Of a DNA stretch of 46,604 nt, positions 26,633-35,980 are shown piece by piece. The stretch is from positions 1-46,604 of the IMG/VR virus record IMGVR_UViG_3300025646_005550; one strand, 5' to 3'. The translations under genes and the position numbers were made by a program. This DNA comes from a virus (Duplodnaviria; Caudoviricetes). The notes beneath the pieces are model-generated. The model made no database searches and had not been told where the DNA came from. It saw only the letters and a program-made list of their open reading frames with translations. The first letter of the stretch is position 1, and every line of letters begins with the position of its first letter.

Positions 26633-26752
26633 TCACCATACTCCAGGAATAATTTGCCCAGTAGTAAGATATGTTCCAACAGCAATGACGAAACCGAGCA
26701 TTGCCAAACGTGCATTGAGGATCTCTGCCTCAGGGGTGAATCCAAATTTCAT
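26633..26752 (-). CDS. hli: high-light inducible protein (39 aa)
   Basis: MKFGFTPEAEILNARLAMLGFVIAVGTYLTTGQIIPGVW: ExxNxRxAM and TGQIIPG; AGGAG RBS. Confidence 0.95.
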   Translation of the reverse strand: MKFGFTPEAEILNARLAMLGFVIAVGTYLTTGQIIPGVW

Positions 26753-26763
26753 AGTAGTTCTCC

Positions 26764-26850
26764 TTAGTAAGTTTCAGAAAGTTTTTCTACAGAAATTGCC
26801 AACAAAACAAAGAAGGCAATACTAGTAATTGTAAAGATTACTTCAGTCAT
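26764..26850 (-). CDS. 28-aa single-TM peptide
   Basis: MTEVIFTITSIAFFVLLAISVEKLSETY fills the gap between the hli genes. Confidence 0.6.
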   Translation of the reverse strand: MTEVIFTITSIAFFVLLAISVEKLSETY

Positions 26851-26858
26851 CGTCTGTC

Positions 26859-27062
26859 TCAGAAGATACCGAAGAAGAGTTTGTTGGTGAATAGATAAGA
26901 AATTGCACCAGCAATAATACCCATCATAGCCCAACGACCATTATACATCTCGGTCATCTGCATAGGAGTCAAGAGACCTTTACGGCTATACTCTTGGTAA
27001 ACCATTTGGGGTTCTTTTGCCCACATGTTTTGTTGACCACGATCATTCGTTGTTACAGTCAT
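26859..27062 (-). CDS. hli: high-light inducible protein
   Basis: EMYNGRWAMMG; N-terminal NMWAKEP. Confidence 0.93.
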   Translation of the reverse strand: MTVTTNDRGQQNMWAKEPQMVYQEYSRKGLLTPMQMTEMYNGRWAMMGIIAGAISYLFTNKLFFGIF

Positions 27063-27086
27063 GTTACTTTTGTAAAGATTTACAAC

Positions 27087-27115
27087 ATTATATAGGAAAA
27101 ATAAAGAGGGGTCAA
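27087..27115 (-). promoter_or_regulatory. sigma70-type promoter for the hli genes
   Basis: TTGACC-17-TATAAT. Confidence 0.75.
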
Positions 27116-27166
27116 GCCCCTCATGTTACTGTATCCTAACTGAAGTAAGTATTAATGATTACAAAA

Positions 27167-27535
27167 TCAGAAGGTGTACTTCAGACCAACTTTGAGGTTG
27201 GTAAGGAACTCATCAAATTCCAGACCATTGGTACTGGCACCCCAGACCTCACCGTAAATACCGAGATTATCGGTTGCAGCAACGTTGATACCGAACTTAC
27301 CAGATACTTCCAGTTCAGTATCGCTACCATTAGGGATAGCAACAGCAGGACCAGCTTGAACGTAACCAGTCACAGTCTTACTAAGGTTGCCCTCATAACC
27401 GATGTGATTCTCGATTAGGGTAGCACCATAGTCACCACCAACTAGACCAGTGTTGGATTCGATGTTCACATAAGGACCTGCCATAGCAGGTGCTGCCATC
27501 AGGGGGAGAGCAACAAGAGCAATAAGATTCTTCAT
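27167..27535 (-). CDS. small outer-membrane beta-barrel protein
   Basis: Signal peptide, AGPYV, alternating beta-strand pattern, C-terminal YTF. Confidence 0.75.
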   Translation of the reverse strand: MKNLIALVALPLMAAPAMAGPYVNIESNTGLVGGDYGATLIENHIGYEGNLSKTVTGYVQAGPAVAIPNGSDTELEVSGKFGINVAATDNLGIYGEVWGASTNGLEFDEFLTNLKVGLKYTF

Positions 27536-27540
27536 AGTTA

Positions 27541-27921
27541 TCAGAAAGAATAACGAACTTTTACTTCACCGCCTACGGCAAATTCTTCGGAATCAAATCC
27601 ATACTCTCCAGTAACTTTTGTCTTCAAAGACAGTTGTTTGGCAAGGGGGTATGAAAGACCAACTTCGGTGACTACTACACCTTCATTAGTTCCACCATTG
27701 TTCCATTCGTAACCAGGACCAACTTCACCATAAACTTTCAGACCACTGGTGCCAACTTTGGTCTCATAGCCTCCACGAATTTCGGTTTGAGCACCTTTAT
27801 AAGTACCACCATCGGTAATCACACCACCAGCAGTAGTTTTTGATTCGACATACGGACCAGCGAAAGCAGCGGTGGCAAGGAAAGGGGCAACAGCAGCGGT
27901 TGCAATAACAGATTTAATCAT
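27541..27921 (-). CDS. small outer-membrane beta-barrel protein (paralog)
   Basis: Signal peptide, AGPYV, C-terminal YSF; GAGG RBS. Confidence 0.75.
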   Translation of the reverse strand: MIKSVIATAAVAPFLATAAFAGPYVESKTTAGGVITDGGTYKGAQTEIRGGYETKVGTSGLKVYGEVGPGYEWNNGGTNEGVVVTEVGLSYPLAKQLSLKTKVTGEYGFDSEEFAVGGEVKVRYSF

Positions 27922-27999
27922 TTAATTAATACCTCGTAAATTTACTTGCGGAATGGTTACCCGCAGATGAAAGAAGACTTGACTTGTCTTCGTTCTATC

Positions 28000-28029
28000 A
28001 TCTTAACATCGTCTTTATGATTCTGTCAA
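28000..28029 (-). promoter_or_regulatory. sigma70-type promoter
   Basis: TTGACA-18-TAAGAT with TG extension. Confidence 0.6.
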
Positions 28030-28035
28030 GGTAGT

Positions 28036-28057
28036 AAAAACCCACCTTTCGGTGGGT
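28036..28057 (-). terminator. terminator ending the glycan cluster
   Basis: ACCCACC-gaaa-GGTGGGT plus T run. Confidence 0.85.
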
Positions 28058-28065
28058 AGTTTGAA

Positions 28066-28872
28066 TTATTCAGTTGGTGGTTGGGCTTCTGATGTCCTTC
28101 CCAAATATGGATCAAAGTCCATAAGTTTCTCAATTTCTAGATCAGAACCACGAGTCTGCCAGAGATTTCGGAGTCCATCATGAGATCCTCTGTGGAAAAT
28201 CTCAATATGTTCTGGGTGAATTGAAGAACCAAGTTCAATTCTATACAAGAACAGCGGAATAGCAAAAGTATTTCCAGAGTTGTAAATTAGATCATCAGCA
28301 ACGGCACGAGGCTTAATAGCATGATCAAGTTTATATTTGTCTCCACGGCAGTGAAGTCTCACAACTTTCTCTGCATGATGTCGGGTAATAACATAACATG
28401 CTGTAGAAAAATCATTAACAAACCTGCGATGCAAGTTGACATGAAGTGTCCCTGGACAAATAATTGCGAGTTGAACTACATCATAATCATATGGAAGTCT
28501 CGCAACAAATTGATTCCATGTAAAATTCCAGTGTTTTGCAATACTGATATCTACATCATCTTCCATAACAATACAATATGGAGAATCAGAAGTTTCGAGA
28601 TAATGTTTGAGTAGTTTGAGGTGGGAAGTAACACAACCAACTTCACCAGAACTCATATTTGCAGGGTATCTCCCATGGATGATATCGCTAAGATCATCTT
28701 CCCTACCATCGTAGGCAGAGATACGTTCATAGTTTTCAATTTCCCAGTAGGAAAACATTGATTCCATGTAAGCTTGTCTTTCAGGTTGACCATCTAGATT
28801 GATGTAATAGATGGGTCCAATACCTTTTAGTTTGTATGCAGATTTGTTTTTATCCATTACAGCAGATTCCAT
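28066..28872 (-). CDS. glycosyltransferase family 25
   Basis: YYINLD...R, GEVGCVTSH, MEDD; TGATG coupling at 28872. Confidence 0.88.
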   Translation of the reverse strand: MESAVMDKNKSAYKLKGIGPIYYINLDGQPERQAYMESMFSYWEIENYERISAYDGREDDLSDIIHGRYPANMSSGEVGCVTSHLKLLKHYLETSDSPYCIVMEDDVDISIAKHWNFTWNQFVARLPYDYDVVQLAIICPGTLHVNLHRRFVNDFSTACYVITRHHAEKVVRLHCRGDKYKLDHAIKPRAVADDLIYNSGNTFAIPLFLYRIELGSSIHPEHIEIFHRGSHDGLRNLWQTRGSDLEIEKLMDFDPYLGRTSEAQPPTE

Positions 28873-29726
28873 CAGAGAACTTCCCACCCCTCACAATAAA
28901 GATCGTTAGTATTATTATGTCCATATGAAGGACCAAACCAATTCTTAGGTGCTACGATTTTACCAGCACCATTCTGCAACCATGCACCCCACCAAGACAA
29001 AGTAGAGTTTGCAATGATACCACCCTTGCAATTAGCCATAATGCAAAGATCAACATAAGGAGTATAGGATCCATCAGGATACTTTTCTTCTGGAGTGGAT
29101 ACATAGAAACGATCTGGTTTAAAAAGTTCTTGTTCCATAACCCACTCTGGCGAATCGGAAACAACAACAACTTCCTGATCTTCTGGGAATAGTTTAAGAG
29201 CTTCTTCATAGTAATCCAGAGTTTGTGGTGGATGTTGATCAGAACATTCAGTATATGCCCACTTAAATCCACGAGCATCGACTAGATTAGGATCGCCACG
29301 GCGTACATGAAGGAAAATGGGATCCTTCAATTCGGAAAGAAACCCTTGTACGGGTTCAACCAAATCATTATGGAAGGTAAAATCTTTACGAATTTCGTCT
29401 TTAATATGTGCAAAATACTTTTCAGTTTGAAAAAATCCGTGTAGAGATACATCATTAGGGCAAAGTTGAAGAAGTTCTTCATCAAAATGAAAATGTTTTT
29501 CAGCCACGACTGGAGCAAAACCCCTATCAAGAATATACAGATTGGTAGACTTTACACTTTCCAGTGTAAAACAATTAGCCAAACTATAATTATCTACTCT
29601 GCGAGTATTATATGGAGGAATGCACCAATCATATCCTTTTGCGGTTGCAATACCTCGTAAAGCTGCATACTGGAACATCTGATTTCCCAGACGGCCAATA
29701 TTTCCCAATTCATTAAACGCCAGCAT
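28872..29726 (-). CDS. alpha-1,2-fucosyltransferase-like (GT11)
   Basis: GRLGNQMFQYA, HVRRGD, IIANSTLSWWGAWL. Confidence 0.92.
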   Translation of the reverse strand: MLAFNELGNIGRLGNQMFQYAALRGIATAKGYDWCIPPYNTRRVDNYSLANCFTLESVKSTNLYILDRGFAPVVAEKHFHFDEELLQLCPNDVSLHGFFQTEKYFAHIKDEIRKDFTFHNDLVEPVQGFLSELKDPIFLHVRRGDPNLVDARGFKWAYTECSDQHPPQTLDYYEEALKLFPEDQEVVVVSDSPEWVMEQELFKPDRFYVSTPEEKYPDGSYTPYVDLCIMANCKGGIIANSTLSWWGAWLQNGAGKIVAPKNWFGPSYGHNNTNDLYCEGWEVL

Positions 29727-30534
29727 TTAATTGTTCTCCTCTTGTCTTAATGTACTCTTGTTGTTGGTAGTATGATTGCAATTTTTGTGCATCCCAAGTT
29801 CTAATATTCTGCCAGAGATTATGGTTATCCATGAACTTTGGATTGTGGTAGTGTGAATTAAATGTTCTACCATGTTCAAAGTGATAGATGTTCTCATTAA
29901 CTCTACCTACTCTGACTCCAAATGCATTCAATCTAAAGTAAAACTCACAATCTTCTGCTCCCCAAGAAATAAAGTTCTCATTCCACATTCCAACTTCGAT
30001 TTCAACCTGTCTCTTCAGCATTTGTCCCCATCCAATAGAAGAGGCCACTCTGAATTTACAATCATTCAAGACATCAAAGTTAAAATTAGAATCAAGAAAT
30101 TGATTAAAAGTGGACTCAGAATAATTTACAGCCCATTGATACACTCCGCACCCAAAAGGATACACTACATCAACATCTCCAGATACTATTGCATTGTAAG
30201 CAGATTCATAACTACCTTTTGGTAATACTACGTCTACATCATGATTATAAACGATAGGAGTTTCAGAAGCAACTAAAAGGTCATTTAAGATGCGAGTCTT
30301 ATGAAAAAACTTTTCGTCACTCTCTTCAAAAATATGAGTAAGATTATTAGTATCTGTATATTTTTTGATTACAGGTAGGGCTCTGAACTTAAAGTGTGAA
30401 TGTTTATCTACTTCTTTTAAAATTACTTTAGCTTCTGGAAAGTTTTTTAGAAGATAAGTCGTAGAAGTAATTACATTTTTAAGTCTATCTTCAGACTCAA
30501 TTCGGCATGGGAGTAGAAATGTTAAATCTTTCAT
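29713..30534 (-). CDS. GT-A glycosyltransferase (GT2/GT7 galactosyltransferase-like)
   Basis: HDVD (DxD), NENFISWGAED. Confidence 0.85.
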   Translation of the reverse strand: MKDLTFLLPCRIESEDRLKNVITSTTYLLKNFPEAKVILKEVDKHSHFKFRALPVIKKYTDTNNLTHIFEESDEKFFHKTRILNDLLVASETPIVYNHDVDVVLPKGSYESAYNAIVSGDVDVVYPFGCGVYQWAVNYSESTFNQFLDSNFNFDVLNDCKFRVASSIGWGQMLKRQVEIEVGMWNENFISWGAEDCEFYFRLNAFGVRVGRVNENIYHFEHGRTFNSHYHNPKFMDNHNLWQNIRTWDAQKLQSYYQQQEYIKTRGEQLNAGV

Positions 30535-31427
30535 TGTTCTGCGGGTACTGGAGAAGGGTCATTGTGAATCTTCACCCATCTCTCAGGGATCATATCCTTC
30601 ATGTTATAGTGTGCATATGCTGGACCAAACCAAGGATCGGGAACTACAACTTTACCAACATCACCCTGCAACCATGCACCCCACCAACTCAGAGAAGAGT
30701 TAGCGATAATAGCACCACCACAAAGACTCATAAGACAAAGGTCAATGTAGGGGACGGCCGCACCGTCTCCGAAGGTCTCATAGGATGAATCGGAGAAGTG
30801 GAATCTATCTCCTTGAAGCCACTCTTGACGTTTACACCAATCAATAAGATCGGAAACAACAATAATATTCTTATCTTCGGGAAACTCTTCTAGAGCTTTG
30901 CGATAATATTCCTCTTTACAGAGTGGGTGGTATTCCTGCACCATCTGATAAGACCACTTTTCACCTCTCCTACCAGTAAGATTTGGAGAACCACGGCGAA
31001 CATGAAGAAAAATACAATTATCCCTTCCGCCAAGACTATCAATAAACCCTTGACACGGTTCCAGATACGTTTTCTTAAAAGTGAAATCCTCACGGATAGA
31101 CGAGGCAATCGCCTCAAAGTACTTTTCCGTTTGAAAATTACCCGAAAAATTCGTATTGTCCTCGCAATTGTTGAAGATATCTTCATTGAAATGCATATCC
31201 CTATACTCTACAGTCTTGTAGAAGGGCTCTCCAGTGTTCTTATTTAGATCACAATTGGTAAGTTCAAATGCATCAAACAAACCATAATTATCTAAACGAT
31301 CTGCATCAGGGCCTGGAACAATCCAGTCAAACCCACGATTGGCAGCAAGACCACGAATAAATGCGTATTGAAACATTTGGTTTCCGAGGCGCCCCTCGTT
31401 ACCAAGTCCTTTAAATGATACAGTCAT
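30531..31427 (-). CDS. alpha-1,2-fucosyltransferase-like (GT11)
   Basis: GRLGNQMFQYA, HVRRG, ANSSLSWWGAWL. Confidence 0.92.
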   Translation of the reverse strand: MTVSFKGLGNEGRLGNQMFQYAFIRGLAANRGFDWIVPGPDADRLDNYGLFDAFELTNCDLNKNTGEPFYKTVEYRDMHFNEDIFNNCEDNTNFSGNFQTEKYFEAIASSIREDFTFKKTYLEPCQGFIDSLGGRDNCIFLHVRRGSPNLTGRRGEKWSYQMVQEYHPLCKEEYYRKALEEFPEDKNIIVVSDLIDWCKRQEWLQGDRFHFSDSSYETFGDGAAVPYIDLCLMSLCGGAIIANSSLSWWGAWLQGDVGKVVVPDPWFGPAYAHYNMKDMIPERWVKIHNDPSPVPAEQ

Positions 31428-32287
31428 TACTTACTCCACTCTTGAATAATCCAACGATCAGGAACAATGTCCGAAGTATCTAGGTTAGACATTGCAGTAC
31501 CAAACCACTTTTTAGGATCAGGTGCAATCACTTTACCTCGATCATTTTGCAACCATGCTCCCCACCAAGAGAATGATGAGTTTGCAATGATAGCACCAGA
31601 ACAAAGACTCATCAGACACAGATCAACCTGTGGTAGAAGAGTATTCTGCATTTTTCCAGTACCATCAATAGTACGATATGTATATCTACCATTACTTTCA
31701 TTAAACAAGAACCGATCCTGTTTAAAGAATTCCTGAGCCTTACACCAATCAATGTCATCAGTAAAAACAAAACAAGGGGTGTCTTCAGAGAACTCCTTTA
31801 ACGCATCTTCAAAATAAGAGATCGGGAGGATGGGGTGGTATTCTTCTCTACCAATGTTGTCAGACTGACGAATGTGGAGAAAGATAGGATTCCTATCCAA
31901 GCTACTAATGTACTCCATACAAGGAGTGAGATAATCTTTTCTAAATGTGAAGTCCTCACGGATCTCCTGTGCAATATGGCTGAAATATTTTTCAGTCTGG
32001 AAATATCCATCAAGACTCACATTGTCGGGACATTCATCAAAAAACTCTGGAATAAAACAATGGTCATTCTCTTGTATATATTGACCTTCAACAAAACCAA
32101 TGTTCGATTTCTTAACATTTGTTAGTTCAAATGTTTCAAACAATCCATAATTATCTTTATGGTTGTAGTCATCTGAAGGAATAACCCAGTCATATCCTCG
32201 TTTTGCAGCGATACCTCTAAGGGAGGCATATTGAAACATCTGGTTACCCAAACGTCCGTTACTTCCTAATCGATTATAACCAATCAT
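31427..32287 (-). CDS. alpha-1,2-fucosyltransferase-like (GT11)
   Basis: GRLGNQMFQYA, HIRQSD, ANSSFSWWGAWL. Confidence 0.92.
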   Translation of the reverse strand: MIGYNRLGSNGRLGNQMFQYASLRGIAAKRGYDWVIPSDDYNHKDNYGLFETFELTNVKKSNIGFVEGQYIQENDHCFIPEFFDECPDNVSLDGYFQTEKYFSHIAQEIREDFTFRKDYLTPCMEYISSLDRNPIFLHIRQSDNIGREEYHPILPISYFEDALKEFSEDTPCFVFTDDIDWCKAQEFFKQDRFLFNESNGRYTYRTIDGTGKMQNTLLPQVDLCLMSLCSGAIIANSSFSWWGAWLQNDRGKVIAPDPKKWFGTAMSNLDTSDIVPDRWIIQEWSK

Positions 32288-33423
32288 AGTTCAATCCAAA
32301 AAGCTTCTTCATTTGGAATACCAAATACTACTCTATCACCAAACTGGGATTTTAGGCGATCTTCAATTTGATTTAAAATTAAATCATACTCTGTCACATA
32401 AACTTTATATCCAGACTCTAATAAGTCACAACACAGTTTGAACTGTTGACTTTCTGTAAGGATATCGGTTCCTTTTTTATAAGTAATATAATGGAAACAG
32501 AAAGGAAGATTATCTCTATTTTTACCAATAAAATAATTCTTCAAGAACTTTGCATGTTCATTATTAAAGTCATCGGTAGTTTTCCCTAAGTTATATTTCA
32601 AACCAAGTTTTTCTGCATACTTACCAAAAGCTCTATTGTCTCTAGGTAAACAAGGGCCACCAAAACCAAATCCATACTTCAAGTATTTACTTCCAATTCT
32701 ACTATCACTTGCAATAGATGAAAGCACTTGTTCAATTTCATTTTCTAATCCAGAAAGAACAAGAACTTCACCAATCATATTTGCAAAACTGATCTTAGTA
32801 GTCATGTAACAGTTAATTGCAATCTTAACTATTTCTGCAGCCGTGGAAGACATGACAGAAATAACTGGCTTAGTAACTTGAATCTTTTTATAAATTTCAG
32901 AAAGAGTTTCTAATACTTCTTCATTATCTCCACCAAGAAGAACCATATCTGCATGAGTTAGATCCTTAATGATTGATCCCTGTGCGATGAACTCTGGATT
33001 ATAAATGACACTTACACCATAAGATCTAAGTTGTTCTTGGAACCTTGCACAGTCTCCAGGATTAGTTGTACATCCAACAACTAAAGTCTTTCCAGAGACA
33101 TCCTGAAACTCTTGAAAGTCTCTAACAACATCCCATACGGAACCTACATCATATAAACCATCTTCCAAAGATGGAGTTGCAACGAGAGTAAAGATAATAT
33201 CACACTCTGCGATTACTCTTTTATTATCAGTTGTCGCTTCAAGATACTTAGTTTGTTTTAAGTGTTCTTGTACAAAAGGTTCTGAACTAGAAATAATTTT
33301 TTTGTTGAGGTTCTCTACATAGTCCTCACGAATGTCAGAGACTAGAACATCATATCCTGCGTTCTCCATAAGGAGTGCAAGACAAATGCCTAGTCTTCCT
33401 GCGCCGATTAATCCAATTTTCAT
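32284..33423 (-). CDS. UDP-glucose/GDP-mannose dehydrogenase family
   Basis: GAGRLG, NPEF, AEIVK, GFGGPCLPRD. Confidence 0.92.
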   Translation of the reverse strand: MKIGLIGAGRLGICLALLMENAGYDVLVSDIREDYVENLNKKIISSSEPFVQEHLKQTKYLEATTDNKRVIAECDIIFTLVATPSLEDGLYDVGSVWDVVRDFQEFQDVSGKTLVVGCTTNPGDCARFQEQLRSYGVSVIYNPEFIAQGSIIKDLTHADMVLLGGDNEEVLETLSEIYKKIQVTKPVISVMSSTAAEIVKIAINCYMTTKISFANMIGEVLVLSGLENEIEQVLSSIASDSRIGSKYLKYGFGFGGPCLPRDNRAFGKYAEKLGLKYNLGKTTDDFNNEHAKFLKNYFIGKNRDNLPFCFHYITYKKGTDILTESQQFKLCCDLLESGYKVYVTEYDLILNQIEDRLKSQFGDRVVFGIPNEEAFWIEL

Positions 33424-34211
33424 AGCTTGAATGTGGGAATTTCTACCATCTTATGTTTGTTTTGTATGTGAAACTTCTGATACACATTGATTGCATTAGT
33501 CTGTTCTTCATTAAGGAACAGGGGATCTTCAGTTAGACCCCTTTCCATAACCCACTCTAAGAGTGCATAAGAAGTTCCAATCTGATCTTCATCAGTACGA
33601 CCATCATCCCAAAGACCATCAGTGGGTGGGGCAGAGACAATTCTTTCATCTACTCCCAAATGTTCACCCAACATCCATACCTCAGTCTTATAAAGATCTG
33701 CAATAGGAGCAATATCAATACCACCATCACCATACTTAGTGTAGAATCCTACACCATAATCTTCAACTTTATTACCAGTGCCAACTACAATACCATTTAC
33801 AGAAGTTGCAACCTGATATAAAGTTATCATACGAAGTCTTGAGCGGCTATTAGCTTGTGCTAACTTATTAGTTGCAAAGTTTTCACCAAGATCACTAGAA
33901 ATAGTCTGAAGGAACTTATCATAGACCAAACTCATATCGGTCTTAATAAATTTTACATTACTAAATTTAGACTCCAACCACTTACCATGAACATCAGAAA
34001 GAGACTCCTGATTCTCTAGTTGATTGATAGGCATTCCTACCACATAAGTAGGCATACCAGTCAAAGCACAAAGAGTAGAAACTACAGAGGAATCAATTCC
34101 TCCGGAGATTCCTACTACAAGACTCTTGATTTTAGGATTAATAATGCAATACTCAGAAATCCATCCTACAATCCGATCTTCCAAGTCATCATAGTCATGA
34201 ATACGATTCAT
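33420..34211 (-). CDS. nadE: NH3-dependent NAD+ synthetase
   Basis: GISGGIDS, NSRSRLRM, GTGNKVED, FYTKYGDGG, DLYKTEV. Confidence 0.93.
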   Translation of the reverse strand: MNRIHDYDDLEDRIVGWISEYCIINPKIKSLVVGISGGIDSSVVSTLCALTGMPTYVVGMPINQLENQESLSDVHGKWLESKFSNVKFIKTDMSLVYDKFLQTISSDLGENFATNKLAQANSRSRLRMITLYQVATSVNGIVVGTGNKVEDYGVGFYTKYGDGGIDIAPIADLYKTEVWMLGEHLGVDERIVSAPPTDGLWDDGRTDEDQIGTSYALLEWVMERGLTEDPLFLNEEQTNAINVYQKFHIQNKHKMVEIPTFKL

Positions 34212-34987
34212 AAGTCTTTCTCCTTAGCCAAAATTACAGTGTTTTCGTAGTCTTTATTTGTAGTGAATTCAAAACGTTCACTCATTTTTTCGGCAAAATT
34301 ATTATAGTAGAAATCATTAAAGTTGACAAGATTGTAGATAATGTAAGCAAACTTAGAATTTGCAACCAACTTATCATAGTAATTCACCTGGGTATCGTAA
34401 TCACACTCAGAAAGTGCATAGTTACTAATAAACAGATCAACTTCCTTAACTTCCTCTACGTCATCACAACTTACGAACTTACACTTTGTATAAAGTTCTG
34501 GGAAGTTCTTAAGATACTTTTCTTGAACTGCAACAGCCTCTGGAAGATCAACTAAAATATATTCATCAAACTCGCAAACTACACTCAAGGTCTTGCACAG
34601 TCCGCCATACCCGCCACCAACTTCTACTATACGACTGATGGGTGCATCTCCTAAGAGAGTCGCCATCTCAAATACATTCTTGATGTATCGGATTGTAGTG
34701 GGAGAGATTTTACCCGTTTCTGGATAAGAGAACTTATCGGGAGTTCCAATAGTATCATTCTCTTTAAATCCTTCTAGATTTTCTAGAAGTGCATCTCCAG
34801 CCATTTCCATGGCGAGTTGGAGATACTCTGCACCCTGTCTAGGGGTGACGTGTTCTAGAATGTTTTTATATCCTTGTAGAGATTTAAACTTTGCAAAGAT
34901 CTCATCATCTGCAACTGCACTACGACAGGTCTCCAGATAATCAACTGCGATTTGTTCTTCGGCTTCCCAGCCCTTATAAGTACTCAT
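34208..34987 (-). CDS. putative sugar O-methyltransferase
   Basis: IVEVGGGYG, LVDLPE, FISNYALSE. Confidence 0.8.
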   Translation of the reverse strand: MSTYKGWEAEEQIAVDYLETCRSAVADDEIFAKFKSLQGYKNILEHVTPRQGAEYLQLAMEMAGDALLENLEGFKENDTIGTPDKFSYPETGKISPTTIRYIKNVFEMATLLGDAPISRIVEVGGGYGGLCKTLSVVCEFDEYILVDLPEAVAVQEKYLKNFPELYTKCKFVSCDDVEEVKEVDLFISNYALSECDYDTQVNYYDKLVANSKFAYIIYNLVNFNDFYYNNFAEKMSERFEFTTNKDYENTVILAKEKDL

Positions 34988-35784
34988 TTCCAGTAAGTTT
35001 CGTAGAGGTAATCTTCTGCAACTTGCAGATTGTTTGCACGTTCAAAGTTATCCTTGATCGCATCCATTTTAGAATAATAAAGTTCTTCTGTCAAAGTAGA
35101 AACATCAAAGTTATCATCTAGGAATATAATTCCATCTTCGTTGAAATACTCTGTGACTCCTCTGCATCCATAGAATACCGGAATCGTTCCTGTGGCGAAA
35201 CAGTCTGTAAGTTTCTCCGTAAAGTATGTATCATAGACGGCATTCTCTACAGCCACAGAGAACATATAGTCTTTCATACCCTCTTCTTTACGGGGAAGAT
35301 CACGGAATCCACGACCATAGAGATCAACCTGATCCCTAAACTTATTCACAAACTCAAGTCTCTTACGATGACCAGGAACCATGGCCTTATTTGAAGAGAT
35401 CATAGAGACTAATTTAGTTTTCTCATAAATTTTTCTTTCTTCAATCCAAGGAGCTGCATTACTCAATGCGTACTGGAACTTCGGATACTTTTTACAAAGT
35501 TCCTCATCACAACTAAAAATACCATCCACTCGGGAAGCAACAAAGTCATAATTAGAAAGAATCCATTCATAAATCCCCTGAATGATTTGTTTAGATTCAA
35601 GTAACCAGATATACTTAGGAGTAGAAGAAGTATCCCGAAGTACGTCCAATGAACGTTGATTTACATACAGACTCACCGCACCAGAACCATCATACACCCA
35701 CTCAGTAAACTTAGAAGTATTCTTGTCGGATGTGGATGGTTTAAGTGAATCGTTGCAGTGTAAATTAATTTTGAACTTCGTCAT
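34984..35784 (-). CDS. GT10-like (alpha-1,3-fucosyltransferase-like) glycosyltransferase
   Basis: YMFSVAVEN...YFTEKLTDCFATGTIPVFYG. Confidence 0.85.
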   Translation of the reverse strand: MTKFKINLHCNDSLKPSTSDKNTSKFTEWVYDGSGAVSLYVNQRSLDVLRDTSSTPKYIWLLESKQIIQGIYEWILSNYDFVASRVDGIFSCDEELCKKYPKFQYALSNAAPWIEERKIYEKTKLVSMISSNKAMVPGHRKRLEFVNKFRDQVDLYGRGFRDLPRKEEGMKDYMFSVAVENAVYDTYFTEKLTDCFATGTIPVFYGCRGVTEYFNEDGIIFLDDNFDVSTLTEELYYSKMDAIKDNFERANNLQVAEDYLYETYWK

Positions 35785-35980
35785 TTTTCTTTTTATTAAA
35801 TCCAAATGGAATCAAAGTATTTTCAAGTTTAAGTTTCATTGCAACAGTACCAACAGCTTCCATAACTTTAAGAATGTCTTCTGGTTTAGCATCTTCACCG
35901 AGTTCTTTTGCAATATACCAGTACTTAGGCCAAAACTCTTCACCTGCCTTTTGATAATCTTCAAGTGTTAATAGTTTCAT
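35765..35980 (-). CDS. hypothetical protein
   Basis: ORF track, 71 aa, coupled to neighbours. Confidence 0.7.
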   Translation of the reverse strand: MKLLTLEDYQKAGEEFWPKYWYIAKELGEDAKPEDILKVMEAVGTVAMKLKLENTLIPFGFNKKKNDEVQN

